Virus record (IMG/VR): IMGVR_UViG_3300041409_000610
Coordinates: 1 to 64,000 of that record
Direction: 5' to 3' (one strand)
DNA length: 64,000 bases
Origin: a virus
Taxonomy: Duplodnaviria > Caudoviricetes
Shown here one piece after another: positions 27,452 through 37,164 of this stretch (its first letter is position 1; every line of letters begins with the position of its first letter). A program made the position numbers and the translations under genes. A model generated the notes under the pieces. It made no database searches. It had not been told where the DNA came from and worked only from the letters and a program-made list of their open reading frames with translations.

Positions 27452-29274
27452 CCTCGACCGGCGACATCGCGGCCAAGATGGTCGCGGCGCTCAACGCCGC
27501 CGAGCCGGACCTGGATGTCTCCGTAGGCACCGTGGCCCGGAAGCTGATCGACGCCGTCTCGGAGTCGATCGCCGAGGCCTACTCGGACTCGCACCTGATC
27601 CAGTACCAGTACGACATCGACTCGAAGTCCGGCGGCGACCTCGACGACTTCTGCGCGCTGTTCGGCATCACCCGGATCCCCTCGTCCCGGTCCCAGGGCG
27701 TGGTCACCTTCACCCGGCCGAATGACCAGTTCGCCGCGACCACGGCCCTGGTCATCCCGCCCGGCACGCAGGTGGTCGCCCAGACGAACCCGATCATCTA
27801 CGTGATGACCACCGTGTCCGCCGTGATGAGCCCTGGCCAGCTGACCGCCGACGTGCCGGTTCAGGCGGTCGTGGCGGGCACGAGCGGCAACGTCGCGGCC
27901 GGGATGCTGGTCACCGTGGCCACGGCCGTCTCCGGTATCGCCAGGGTGGTGAACGCGGGCCCGCTCTCCGGCGGCTCGAACCAGGAGTCGGACGCCGACC
28001 TGCGCACCCGCTTCCGGAACACCGTCTTCCGCTCGCTGGCGGGCACCCAGAGCATGTACCAGGCGATCGCCCTGGCGACGCCGCAGGACCCCACGATGCC
28101 AAACACCCGCGCGGTGACGCAGGTGAACGTGCTCGGGGCCTCGAAGCGCTACCGCGAGCAGATCCAGGTGGTGGCCGGGACGGCGGCCAGCACCGTGCTC
28201 CGGGCGGCCTACATCTTCCCGGACAACGTCTACTGCGGCGCCGACATCGACGCGGGGAACCTGCTCACCCAGGGGACGAACTTCACCTTCACGCCGTCGA
28301 ACCCGACCAACGGAACCAGCGCCACGGCGGCCCTGACCGCGCTGACCGGCATGCCGGACGGGATCTACGACCTCGACTTCGAGTACGTGCCGAGGGCCTC
28401 GCGCAACGACCCCGCCAACACACGCTTCGCCAAGGGCGGGATCAACAACCGGGTCGACGTGTGGATCAACGGCACGATCGCCGACGTCGCCACGCAGAGC
28501 GTGAGCTTCTCGAACTCGCGGCTGTTCACCTCCGGGTTCAACGACCCGTACTACAACCAGGCCTTCTCCCAGGCCAGCGCGGCGGCTCCGACCCCGCCGC
28601 TGTCCAATATCTTCATCCCGCTGGCCTACGGCCCGGTGCTGGCCGTGCCGGACACCCTGGTGATCAACGGCGTGACCTACGTCGAGGGCGCGGACTACTG
28701 GATCACCCAGCGCGAGGACTGCTTCGGGATGAGCCCGGGATCGCTGTTCGGGCTGTCCTGGCAGACCAGCCGGGTGCCGCCCAACAACGCGGTGTTCGCG
28801 ATCACCTACAACTACAACCGGATCGCCCGCGACGTCCAGGACAACATCGCCCTGTGGCGGCTGGTCGGCACCGACGCGCAGACCCACTGCGGTCTGCGCC
28901 GCATGGTCAAGTTCCACTTCGCCATCGTCTACGACCGCGCGTACGAGGCCAGCTCGGTGAACACGAACATCGACATCGCGCTGAGCGCCCTGTGCTCCAG
29001 CCTTGGTTTCGGGGCCTCGCTTCAGGTCTCCGACGTTCTCCAGACTGTCCACAATGTACCCGGCGTGGACAACGTCCGGTTCCTGACCTCCACCGACGAC
29101 GGCACCAACTACGCCATGGCCCAGATGTCGCCGTGGACGGCGAACTCCCAGCTCTCGCTCTACGCATCCGGCGGCCGGGCGATCGACGCGACCTTCGGCA
29201 ACAGCGAGTACCCCGTGTTCCACTCCTCGCGCATCGTCGCCAAGGCGCCGAACACCTTCATGATCGGGGCGTGA
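27448..29274 (+). CDS. baseplate J-like protein
   Basis: LDDFCALFGITR...GVVTF...VQAVVAGTSGNV...SGGSNQESDADLRTR; VHNVPGVDNV. Confidence 0.85.
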   Translation: MTSTGDIAAKMVAALNAAEPDLDVSVGTVARKLIDAVSESIAEAYSDSHLIQYQYDIDSKSGGDLDDFCALFGITRIPSSRSQGVVTFTRPNDQFAATTALVIPPGTQVVAQTNPIIYVMTTVSAVMSPGQLTADVPVQAVVAGTSGNVAAGMLVTVATAVSGIARVVNAGPLSGGSNQESDADLRTRFRNTVFRSLAGTQSMYQAIALATPQDPTMPNTRAVTQVNVLGASKRYREQIQVVAGTAASTVLRAAYIFPDNVYCGADIDAGNLLTQGTNFTFTPSNPTNGTSATAALTALTGMPDGIYDLDFEYVPRASRNDPANTRFAKGGINNRVDVWINGTIADVATQSVSFSNSRLFTSGFNDPYYNQAFSQASAAAPTPPLSNIFIPLAYGPVLAVPDTLVINGVTYVEGADYWITQREDCFGMSPGSLFGLSWQTSRVPPNNAVFAITYNYNRIARDVQDNIALWRLVGTDAQTHCGLRRMVKFHFAIVYDRAYEASSVNTNIDIALSALCSSLGFGASLQVSDVLQTVHNVPGVDNVRFLTSTDDGTNYAMAQMSPWTANSQLSLYASGGRAIDATFGNSEYPVFHSSRIVAKAPNTFMIGA

Positions 29275-29275
29275 G

Positions 29276-30580
29276 ATGGCCGATACCCTCGTCGAGAACC
29301 CGTCCTTCTTCCAGAACTTCGACGCGGCGGCCGCCGCCGACCTGATGTCCATGCAGCTGGCGCCCGGCCAGCCGAACACCACCGAAGGCATCTTCACCGT
29401 CTCCGACCCGATCGTGCCGGACCGGATCACCAGCGAGCGGCTCGCGCACTTCGACCCCGAGATCTACGACCTGCGCGACACCTCGCACCTGATGAAGCTG
29501 CTCAAGGTCATGCTGGGCGGCTCCGGCGCCGGGGGCCTGCGCAAGCAGCTGGCCGTGGCCCGGATGCAGAACAGCTTCACCGGCATGCACTTCCTGGACC
29601 TGGACCGGTTCTACGGTGCGCTGTTCGGCATCCGGCGCACGCAGGCGGAGCTGTTGCCGGGCAACTTCGACCCCTACAGCGACGGCGCCTCGTCGGCGGA
29701 GTGGGACGACATCCACTCGCGCGACGCGAGCTACCGCGACCGGCTGATCAAGTTCGCCCGCTCGATCCCGAACGGCGGCAGCTACACCGGCATGAAGCTC
29801 ATGGCCGAGTCGCTGATCGGCGCCGAATGCGAGATCTACGAGTCGTGGACGTGGATCGACGAGCAGGACGCGGGGCGCTTCCAGCCCAACGTCCTGAACT
29901 ACACCTACAACTTCCTGCTCAACACCGTCCGGACCTACCAGGGCATGACCGCGCGCACCTGGGGTGACTGGGCGGGCGCCGGGCAGCTGTTCACCGGCCG
30001 GACGAGCGCGCGGACCCGGTCGGACTGGATGCTGGTTCCGAAGCGCCCGCTGGCCAGCTGGGAGCAATTCCAGCTGATGCGGGTGCTCAACACCTTCAAG
30101 CCGGTGGGCACCCAGTTCACGGTCTTCAACAAGGGCCTGAACATCCACCAGCCCGTCGAGATCCGGAACGTCTCGGCCAGCTCGGAGCACTGGGAGATCA
30201 TCTCCTCGGTCACGCCGAACCCGAACCTGAACTACAACCCCTACGCCAACGCGCTGTCTTTCGACCCCAGCTTCGCCGTGGCGGCCCCGCAGGCGCGCCC
30301 GGCGTTCTCGGGGTACCAGGGCGAGGAATGGACGCTCAACGGCGACGTGGCGACCGTGACGAGCTACACCCTCAACGAGGACGACACCCGGACGCCGGGT
30401 GATGACGACCTGATCGCCTACACCGACGGCACGACGCGGTCCTACGAGGCGAAGAACGGGCTGATGACCGCAGCGCAGGCGGCCGCCACCCAGCTGGTCT
30501 CCGATGGCGTGATGACCTCGGCGCCCTACGCCAAGGCGCGCAACTCCCTGAACGTGAACACGGTGGTGGCGGCTCGATGA
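29276..30580 (+). CDS. baseplate wedge protein
   Basis: LDRFYGALFGIRR...DASYRDRL...GGSYTGMKLMAE; follows baseplate J. Confidence 0.65.
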   Translation: MADTLVENPSFFQNFDAAAAADLMSMQLAPGQPNTTEGIFTVSDPIVPDRITSERLAHFDPEIYDLRDTSHLMKLLKVMLGGSGAGGLRKQLAVARMQNSFTGMHFLDLDRFYGALFGIRRTQAELLPGNFDPYSDGASSAEWDDIHSRDASYRDRLIKFARSIPNGGSYTGMKLMAESLIGAECEIYESWTWIDEQDAGRFQPNVLNYTYNFLLNTVRTYQGMTARTWGDWAGAGQLFTGRTSARTRSDWMLVPKRPLASWEQFQLMRVLNTFKPVGTQFTVFNKGLNIHQPVEIRNVSASSEHWEIISSVTPNPNLNYNPYANALSFDPSFAVAAPQARPAFSGYQGEEWTLNGDVATVTSYTLNEDDTRTPGDDDLIAYTDGTTRSYEAKNGLMTAAQAAATQLVSDGVMTSAPYAKARNSLNVNTVVAAR

Positions 30581-33500
30581 CCTCCCCGCAGCTTCCCGGC
30601 TCCTCGGTGGCCCCGGCCTGGGTCGGCGGCATGCCGCTGTCGAACCTCGTCGAGGGCATCCGGCTGAACAGCGTCGGGTCGACGCAGCAGAGCGTGGACA
30701 CCCAGCGGTTCTGGGCCAGCCCGTCGCGCGACGCCAGCTCGACCGAGCGCGAGGTCATGCAGCTGACGCTGACCAGCGCCCGGCGGCTGAACGAGATCGA
30801 GTTCGACGCGGCCGCCTTCCCCCAGGACATCTACGCCGAGTTCTACGACGAGCAGACCGGTGCCTGGTCGCCCTGCCTGGAGGACCTCTCCGGCAGCCCG
30901 GCGCCGGTCTCCTTCAGCGTCCGGGACTCGGTGCCCACGGTGCTCCCGCCCGCGAGCGCGGTCATCGGTCACCTGCACCCGCAGCACAGCTTCACCGGCC
31001 ACTGGCGGACGGTCACCTTCAAGATCCGGCCGATCTCCACGAAGCTGCTTCGCCTGGTCCTCTCGCGCTCCGAGCGCGGCACGCCGCCGACGAACAGCCA
31101 GGGCGTGCTCGTGCCCTACTCGCTGGCCGTCCGGAACCTCAAGATCTCGTACTCGATCCGGAAGCTCTCCGACGTCCCCTACACCCAGCCCGCTCAGGGT
31201 GAGGTGCGGGACACCTTCGCCACCACCACGGACCTGTTCGGCTCGCCGGTGGACTTCCAGGTGCGCGTCAACTCCGCGACCAACGTGATCGGCGAGACCA
31301 CCGGCGCGAACAGCCTCACCACGGTCTGGAAGAGCGAACCGCAGCCGATCCCCTGGGCCGTGGTCAACTTCTACGTGGACGCCCGCGACGGCGAGGGTGG
31401 CGGTCAGATCCTCGACCGGCTCTACCTGGAGCCGCTCTACGACGGCCCGACCTGCAACCTGTACTGGTCGGATTCCGAGCCCACCAACGAATTCCGGTCC
31501 AATTCGGACCCGCTGCCGCCGGTGGTCGCCAGCGTCAACAACTCGGCTGGCGTCACCGGGAACGTGCTCAACTTCGGCGATCCGGCCTTCGACACCGCGA
31601 TCGCCTTCGTCGAGCTGAACAACGCAGGCATCGCCTTCGACCCCTCGCGGCCGTGGTCCTTCGGCGGCCAGCTGAATTTCAAGTTCAAGCACGGCACCCA
31701 GGCCTACGACTGCCCGATCTTCTCCTGCGACCAGTTCAACCTGACCTGGACCCCGCTCGGGCCCCGGCTCACCACCACGGCCGGGGACAGCCTGCTGGTG
31801 CCGACCGAGACCGAGCCGCTGGGCATCTACACGGGCTCGGTGGACGTTGACGGGCAGCCGATCTACACCACGCCGGACAGCCCGGTCTTCGTCGGCTTCG
31901 ACCCGGCGACGCCGGTCAACTTCATCGCCTGGAGCGACGGAACGACCCTCGGGCTGGCCATCCGTTTCGGCAACAGCGAGTTCGCCGGGACGCTGCCGCT
32001 GGCCGTCCCGCTCGGTCCGGTGAAGACCATGCGGGTGGGCGCCTTCATGGGTGCATCGCCGGGCGCGGCCCGATCGCGGATGAAGGCGCTCATCCTCAAG
32101 GTGGACACGTCGCCGACGCCCGAAGAGGTCGAGCAGTTCCTCGCCGACCCCTTCCCCTACGTGCTCAACAGTGTCTACATGGGACAGAACGACCCGCGCA
32201 CGGACAACGCGCTGCTGCGCTACCACCCCACCTTCTACAGCGACAACTCGCCGTCCGCGTTCATCGGCGGTGCCCCGGACCGCTACGCGTTCATGGAGTG
32301 GCACCCGATCGCGCGGGATTACATACTGCGCAAGGGATACCTGTACTTCCCGCCGACGCGGGCGAAGTACTGGAAGCTGGAGTTCACCAACCTCTCACCG
32401 CAGACCTACGAGGTCTACCGGCCGGTCGACAAGACGGTGAACGTCTTCCCCTCCGAGCAGTGGCGCAAGTCCGTCCCCTCGGGTTCGGCACCCACCTCGG
32501 CGGCCGGTCTCGCGGAGTTGCTCCCCGGCCGGGACAACGTCTACGTCGTCAACACGCTGACGCAGTCGCTGGACAACAACCGCACGGCCATCGTCGGCAC
32601 CGGTGCGCCGAAGTCGAACACCACGGCCCGGGTGATCTACGACAACGCGGTGCGGGCCAAGGTGGCGGACGCTTACTGGGCCTGGTCGTTCCTGCCCATG
32701 CACTCCACCGGCTCGACGCCGTCCTGGGAGTCGACCGGCGTCCACAACTACCAGGTGATCAACTACTCGCAGGTCACGAAGATCGGCTACTTCGTCGGCC
32801 TGCGGTCGATCGCGGCCTACAAGCTGAGCTACCTGAACACCGACGACACCGACCAGTACGTGGACCTGTTCTACGATCTGTCCAATGTGGCCGATGGCGG
32901 CAACTGGATCCTGCCGCAGGACCACCAGCTCACCTCCGGGGACGCGGCCTACGCGCAGGTGCAGAGCAAGGTGTTCCCGTCCAACCGCGTCGTCACCGCC
33001 GTGCAGTTCGCGACCCAGCAGAGTGATCCTGACCAGCTGCTGCCCGATCCGGACCTGAGCGACCCCGAGATCGCCAGCTGGACTGCGGTCGGCGATGCCG
33101 TGCTCTCCGACTCCTCCGGCCAGGAGCCCACGCTGGCCTCGACGAAGCGGATCAACCGCTCCCAGCCGCCGCTCACCTGGGCCCGGGTCTCCCAGGGCTA
33201 CCACACCTGGGGCGGCATCGTCGGACTGAACGCCACCTGGGGCGCGGTGACCATCGGCTCGCAGATCCCCGGTGAGGTCGGCGGCATCAGCTCGAAACCG
33301 ATCTCCCTGCCGCTCGGCGGCCGGGTGCACGTCGCGGCGCGCGCGATCGCGGACGCGGACCTGTCGCTGCCGCTCTCGGTCCAGCTGGTCAACGTGGCCG
33401 ACGGCCGGGTGCTGGCCGACGCCGAAGCCCAGGTGAAGGCAGGCCAGATCGCCGAGTGGTACACCAGCTACACCATCGGCGAGGGCACCAGCCCGGCTCC

Positions 33501-35466
33501 CTGGGTCTGGAGCGACTTCGCCAGCAGCGGCTACAGCAGCCAGGGCCTGAGCGCGACCTTCGGCGGGCCGAACGCGACCACCCTGCCCGTGCTCGACAGC
33601 GGCCAGCTCTGGATGTGGCCGGTGGACGGCAGCGGGAACGAGCAGAGCCTGGACATCGTCTCGGCCGCCGCCACGGTGACCGCTGACGGGCAAACGGACT
33701 GGGTGGACACCGGAAGCCCCTGGGGCACGCTGGCGGTCACCGTGGGCACCATGGGCAGCGCCACGCCGGGGACCTTCGCCCTGCTGCGCCTCGACCCGTT
33801 CTTCATCACCGAGGTCGGCACGCTGGCGCTGTTCGGCGCCGACCTCCCGGCCTCGCGCGGGCTGGTGCTCGGCGCGGGCAACACCTCCTACACGGTGCAG
33901 TCCGGCGATGTGATCCGCGTCGACTTTCTCCCGGCCGACTACGTCCCCTCGGACAAGACCGACCCGACCGGCAGCCCATACGACCAGTACGCGATGATGT
34001 TCTGGGTCAACGGGGTCTGGAAATCGACCCGGACGCACAACTTCGGCGCGCAGGTCACCAAGGGCATCAAGGGTCACCTGAACCAGAAGTTCACCAAGTT
34101 CAGCTGGACACCCGCGCCCTACGGCCGCATCCCGGGTCCGACCATCTCCGGGATGCCGCGCAAGGGCAACGGAGCCTGGATCGACGCGACCGTCCAGCAG
34201 TCCTGGGTGGACTCCGCCGGGCGTCACTGGAACGTCGGCACCTCGAACGCCACGACGACGCCACTGGCCACCTGGGACACCACGAACAACCCCGAGACCG
34301 CCAACCACGACGAGGTGGGAGCCACGCTGGTGGCCTCCACGGACAACGCGGTCTTCTGGACCGACACCGAGGAATGGAACGGCAACCTGACCTTCCGGGC
34401 ACGCGCGATCGCGGGCACGGCGGGCCAGGTCGACCCCAACGGACGTCGCGGGATGGTGGCCTGCCTCGACTTCGACCACGGGATCTACCTCGACGCGCTG
34501 GGCAACCTGGTCCAGAACGGAGCCATCCTCCAGACCGGCTTCCTGCCGGGCGGTATCCCGCTGAACAAGAACGTGACGATCGTCTTCGCCGACTCGAAGC
34601 TCTTCAGCCCCACCTCGACCTCCGGACGGCAGGTCTACGTGCTCTACGACAGCGTCCTTCAGGGCACGGCGGCGCCGAGCGCGGTGAACCTGATGCAGGG
34701 CACCAAGCGCGGGCTGGCTGGCTCTGTCTACAGCGGAACGCGTCCGGGTGGGGCGAACTACACGATCGACACGTCCTTTCAGGACTTCCACTGGAGCCCG
34801 AACGCGAAGCTGATCTCGCTCGCGGTGGACAAGCCCACCTGGGCCTCGGCCACCCGCAACGGGACGCTGACCTACGACGAGGTGCTGGCCCAGAAGGACA
34901 CCGAGCACCTGAACGTCTACGCCCGGGTGGTGCAGCAGGGCGCTACCGAAGACGTCTGGGACGTCGACAACATCTCGCTCTACGCCGAGCCGATCATCTG
35001 GTCTTTCTCCAACGACGGCGGCACCACGTTCATCCCCGCCTACGAGATCCGCAACAACCCGTCCGGCGTGCTGGTCTTCCCGCAGATCAGCGCCGTGAAC
35101 CTGGTCCAGAAACCGGGCAACGCGCTGGTCTGGCGAGCGGTGAGCTACCGGCGCGGCGCCACGGTGTCGTCGATGACCATCCGGCCCTGGTACGGAGGCA
35201 TGTTCTCCGGCATCGACCACCGCGCGGCGCTGACGCCGGTGAGCCCGAACCTGATGCCCTACGACCAGTACGGCGATATTCGTAAGGATGCGCGCTTCCA
35301 GACCTGGAATCTGCCGGTCCCGCGCAGCTGGTGGTACCGATTCCAGATTCTGGAGCGGGTCCCCACGCCCGGTCCCAGCACGGCCCCCATCGCCGTTCAG
35401 CCCGGCTACCCGGGCAACGCGGTCTTCCCCGGCTTCAACGTCTACCCAGGAGTGGCTACGCCATGA
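30577..35466 (+). CDS. large (1629 aa) baseplate/tail structural protein
   Basis: Long beta-rich ORF with GC3-rich codons; Asp-box-like SFSNDGGTTF; in the tail module. Confidence 0.75.
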   Translation: MTSPQLPGSSVAPAWVGGMPLSNLVEGIRLNSVGSTQQSVDTQRFWASPSRDASSTEREVMQLTLTSARRLNEIEFDAAAFPQDIYAEFYDEQTGAWSPCLEDLSGSPAPVSFSVRDSVPTVLPPASAVIGHLHPQHSFTGHWRTVTFKIRPISTKLLRLVLSRSERGTPPTNSQGVLVPYSLAVRNLKISYSIRKLSDVPYTQPAQGEVRDTFATTTDLFGSPVDFQVRVNSATNVIGETTGANSLTTVWKSEPQPIPWAVVNFYVDARDGEGGGQILDRLYLEPLYDGPTCNLYWSDSEPTNEFRSNSDPLPPVVASVNNSAGVTGNVLNFGDPAFDTAIAFVELNNAGIAFDPSRPWSFGGQLNFKFKHGTQAYDCPIFSCDQFNLTWTPLGPRLTTTAGDSLLVPTETEPLGIYTGSVDVDGQPIYTTPDSPVFVGFDPATPVNFIAWSDGTTLGLAIRFGNSEFAGTLPLAVPLGPVKTMRVGAFMGASPGAARSRMKALILKVDTSPTPEEVEQFLADPFPYVLNSVYMGQNDPRTDNALLRYHPTFYSDNSPSAFIGGAPDRYAFMEWHPIARDYILRKGYLYFPPTRAKYWKLEFTNLSPQTYEVYRPVDKTVNVFPSEQWRKSVPSGSAPTSAAGLAELLPGRDNVYVVNTLTQSLDNNRTAIVGTGAPKSNTTARVIYDNAVRAKVADAYWAWSFLPMHSTGSTPSWESTGVHNYQVINYSQVTKIGYFVGLRSIAAYKLSYLNTDDTDQYVDLFYDLSNVADGGNWILPQDHQLTSGDAAYAQVQSKVFPSNRVVTAVQFATQQSDPDQLLPDPDLSDPEIASWTAVGDAVLSDSSGQEPTLASTKRINRSQPPLTWARVSQGYHTWGGIVGLNATWGAVTIGSQIPGEVGGISSKPISLPLGGRVHVAARAIADADLSLPLSVQLVNVADGRVLADAEAQVKAGQIAEWYTSYTIGEGTSPAPWVWSDFASSGYSSQGLSATFGGPNATTLPVLDSGQLWMWPVDGSGNEQSLDIVSAAATVTADGQTDWVDTGSPWGTLAVTVGTMGSATPGTFALLRLDPFFITEVGTLALFGADLPASRGLVLGAGNTSYTVQSGDVIRVDFLPADYVPSDKTDPTGSPYDQYAMMFWVNGVWKSTRTHNFGAQVTKGIKGHLNQKFTKFSWTPAPYGRIPGPTISGMPRKGNGAWIDATVQQSWVDSAGRHWNVGTSNATTTPLATWDTTNNPETANHDEVGATLVASTDNAVFWTDTEEWNGNLTFRARAIAGTAGQVDPNGRRGMVACLDFDHGIYLDALGNLVQNGAILQTGFLPGGIPLNKNVTIVFADSKLFSPTSTSGRQVYVLYDSVLQGTAAPSAVNLMQGTKRGLAGSVYSGTRPGGANYTIDTSFQDFHWSPNAKLISLAVDKPTWASATRNGTLTYDEVLAQKDTEHLNVYARVVQQGATEDVWDVDNISLYAEPIIWSFSNDGGTTFIPAYEIRNNPSGVLVFPQISAVNLVQKPGNALVWRAVSYRRGATVSSMTIRPWYGGMFSGIDHRAALTPVSPNLMPYDQYGDIRKDARFQTWNLPVPRSWWYRFQILERVPTPGPSTAPIAVQPGYPGNAVFPGFNVYPGVATP

Positions 35467-37109
35467 GCACCCCGATTTACGACCCGCAGACCTGGGTGAA
35501 CGGCGAGTCCGGCAACACCCCGATCACCGACACCCGGCTGGCCCACATCGAGGACGGGGTCCACAACGCCAGCCTGACGGCCAATGCGGCCGCCGCGCTG
35601 ATTCCCCCGATCGGCACCGACGTGCTGGCCCTGCTGAACAACTTCGTCGCCCCGCTCAGCGCGGTGCAGGGCTACCGGGAGCCGACCGGGCCCGAACTGA
35701 CCAACGCGCTGGCCGGGCTCGGGAAGATGGTCACCTCCACGGTCGACGCCGCCACGTTGCTCACGCCGCTGGGCTTCACGATCGTCACCGGTGTCGAGGC
35801 GGTGAGCAAGCGGGCCTTCGCGCTGGCCTACTCGGCCCCGCCGACCGACCTGCGCGGCTGGGGCTTCTTCCTGTTCGACCTCTCGGCGCCGATCGACATC
35901 ATCATCGAGGCTCCGCATCCGGTCGCGGATCCGTCCTCCGAGCAGATGGCCTTCGCGCACTGGCAGAAGCGCCGGGGCGCGCTGCTGATGGTGGCCGGAG
36001 CGCACAAGGACTCGGCCTCGGCCCTGGCCAACGTCGCTCTCCAGACGAACAACGTCTTCCACCAGCTGGCTGCCTCCTACGCCTCGCGCAAGATCGGGCA
36101 GATCCAGTGGCACGTCTACAGCGACGCCACCGCGCCGGGACTGACCCAGGTCGTCTCGGCGGGCACCGGGAACGCCGGAGCGGCGGTGCGGCGCGTCAGC
36201 ACCGAGCTGGCGGCCGCTGGCTTCGCCGTAGGCAACGCCTGGGACTCCTCCGGGTCCGGAACCTCGCTGACGGCAGTGACGAACGTCCAGGGGATCGACG
36301 CGGCCGCGAAGGGCGCTACCTGGATCCACATCGAGAACAACCTCACCACGGCCGGGGACACGGCGGCGCGGGCCAAGGCCGTTCAGGCGGTCTACGGCGC
36401 CGACGCCAGGCACCTGGACAACGCCGACGGTGGCTTTCCGGCACGGGCCGGGGTGGACTTCCCCCAGTCGATCGGCACCGGGAACACCGTGGGCACGGCG
36501 CTGAGCTGGGCGCGGTCGGACCACATCCACAAGGAACGCCAGGCCACGCTGGACCGGATCACGGCCGTGGAGAACCGCGCGTCGGTGATGCCCGGAGACG
36601 TCGGCTACGTCTCCTGGTCGAGTGACCCGCACGCCTGCGGCTCGTCGCTGATGCAGCCGACGACGGGCGTGCTCTACCCGCAGCGCCTGCCCATCAAGGT
36701 GGCCGGGCAGATCATCACGAACATCCACGTGGGCATCCAGGCCACCGGCACGCTGACCTCCGGGCAGAACTTCCTCGCGCTGTACGACGCGGTCACGGGC
36801 ACCCGGCTGGGCGTCACGGCCGACCTGACGACCGCCTTCGGCACGGCGGGGGAGATCAAGGCGGCGCTGACCGCGCCCGTGACGATCGCCAGCGCCGGGT
36901 GGGTGTACGCCGCGCTGCTCGTGAACGGCTCTGCGGCGCCCCAGTTCGCCCGCTCCGGGTCGCTGGTGCCCGGTCTGGGGAACGCGCAGAGCGCGAGCAG
37001 TGCGAAGCGCTACGGCTCGCTGGGGAGCGCTCAGGTGGCCACACCGACCACAATCACGCTGACCTCCATCGCCAACTCCAGCAACGGCGTCTGGATCGGC
37101 CTGTCCTGA
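35463..37109 (+). CDS. tail fibre/spike with an internal putative amidohydrolase-like domain
   Basis: N-terminal YDPQTWVNGESGNTPITDTRLAHIEDGV fibre-attachment motif; ARSDHIH fibre motif; internal IIIEAPHPVAD...VAGAH...QWH. Confidence 0.65.
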   Translation: MSTPIYDPQTWVNGESGNTPITDTRLAHIEDGVHNASLTANAAAALIPPIGTDVLALLNNFVAPLSAVQGYREPTGPELTNALAGLGKMVTSTVDAATLLTPLGFTIVTGVEAVSKRAFALAYSAPPTDLRGWGFFLFDLSAPIDIIIEAPHPVADPSSEQMAFAHWQKRRGALLMVAGAHKDSASALANVALQTNNVFHQLAASYASRKIGQIQWHVYSDATAPGLTQVVSAGTGNAGAAVRRVSTELAAAGFAVGNAWDSSGSGTSLTAVTNVQGIDAAAKGATWIHIENNLTTAGDTAARAKAVQAVYGADARHLDNADGGFPARAGVDFPQSIGTGNTVGTALSWARSDHIHKERQATLDRITAVENRASVMPGDVGYVSWSSDPHACGSSLMQPTTGVLYPQRLPIKVAGQIITNIHVGIQATGTLTSGQNFLALYDAVTGTRLGVTADLTTAFGTAGEIKAALTAPVTIASAGWVYAALLVNGSAAPQFARSGSLVPGLGNAQSASSAKRYGSLGSAQVATPTTITLTSIANSSNGVWIGLS

Positions 37110-37112
37110 CAC

Positions 37113-37151
37113 GACGAACCCCGGGCGTCGACCGGGCGCCCGGGGTTCGTC
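37113..37151. terminator. bidirectional terminator between convergent tail and DinG genes
   Basis: 15-bp stem GACGAACCCCGGGCG / CGCCCGGGGTTCGTC. Confidence 0.75.
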
Positions 37152-37164
37152 TGGCACTCCGCCC

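Noticed and set aside
32395-35220. Very long antisense ORFs (941 aa here; also 53221-55980, 27406-29430, 6095-7774 and others)
   Set aside because: Shadow frames of GC3-rich genes on the opposite strand, with no recognisable motifs.
16154-37109. Extracellular contractile injection system or tailocin
   Set aside because: Capsid, protease, lysis and replication genes are linked, so this is a complete myovirus-type phage.
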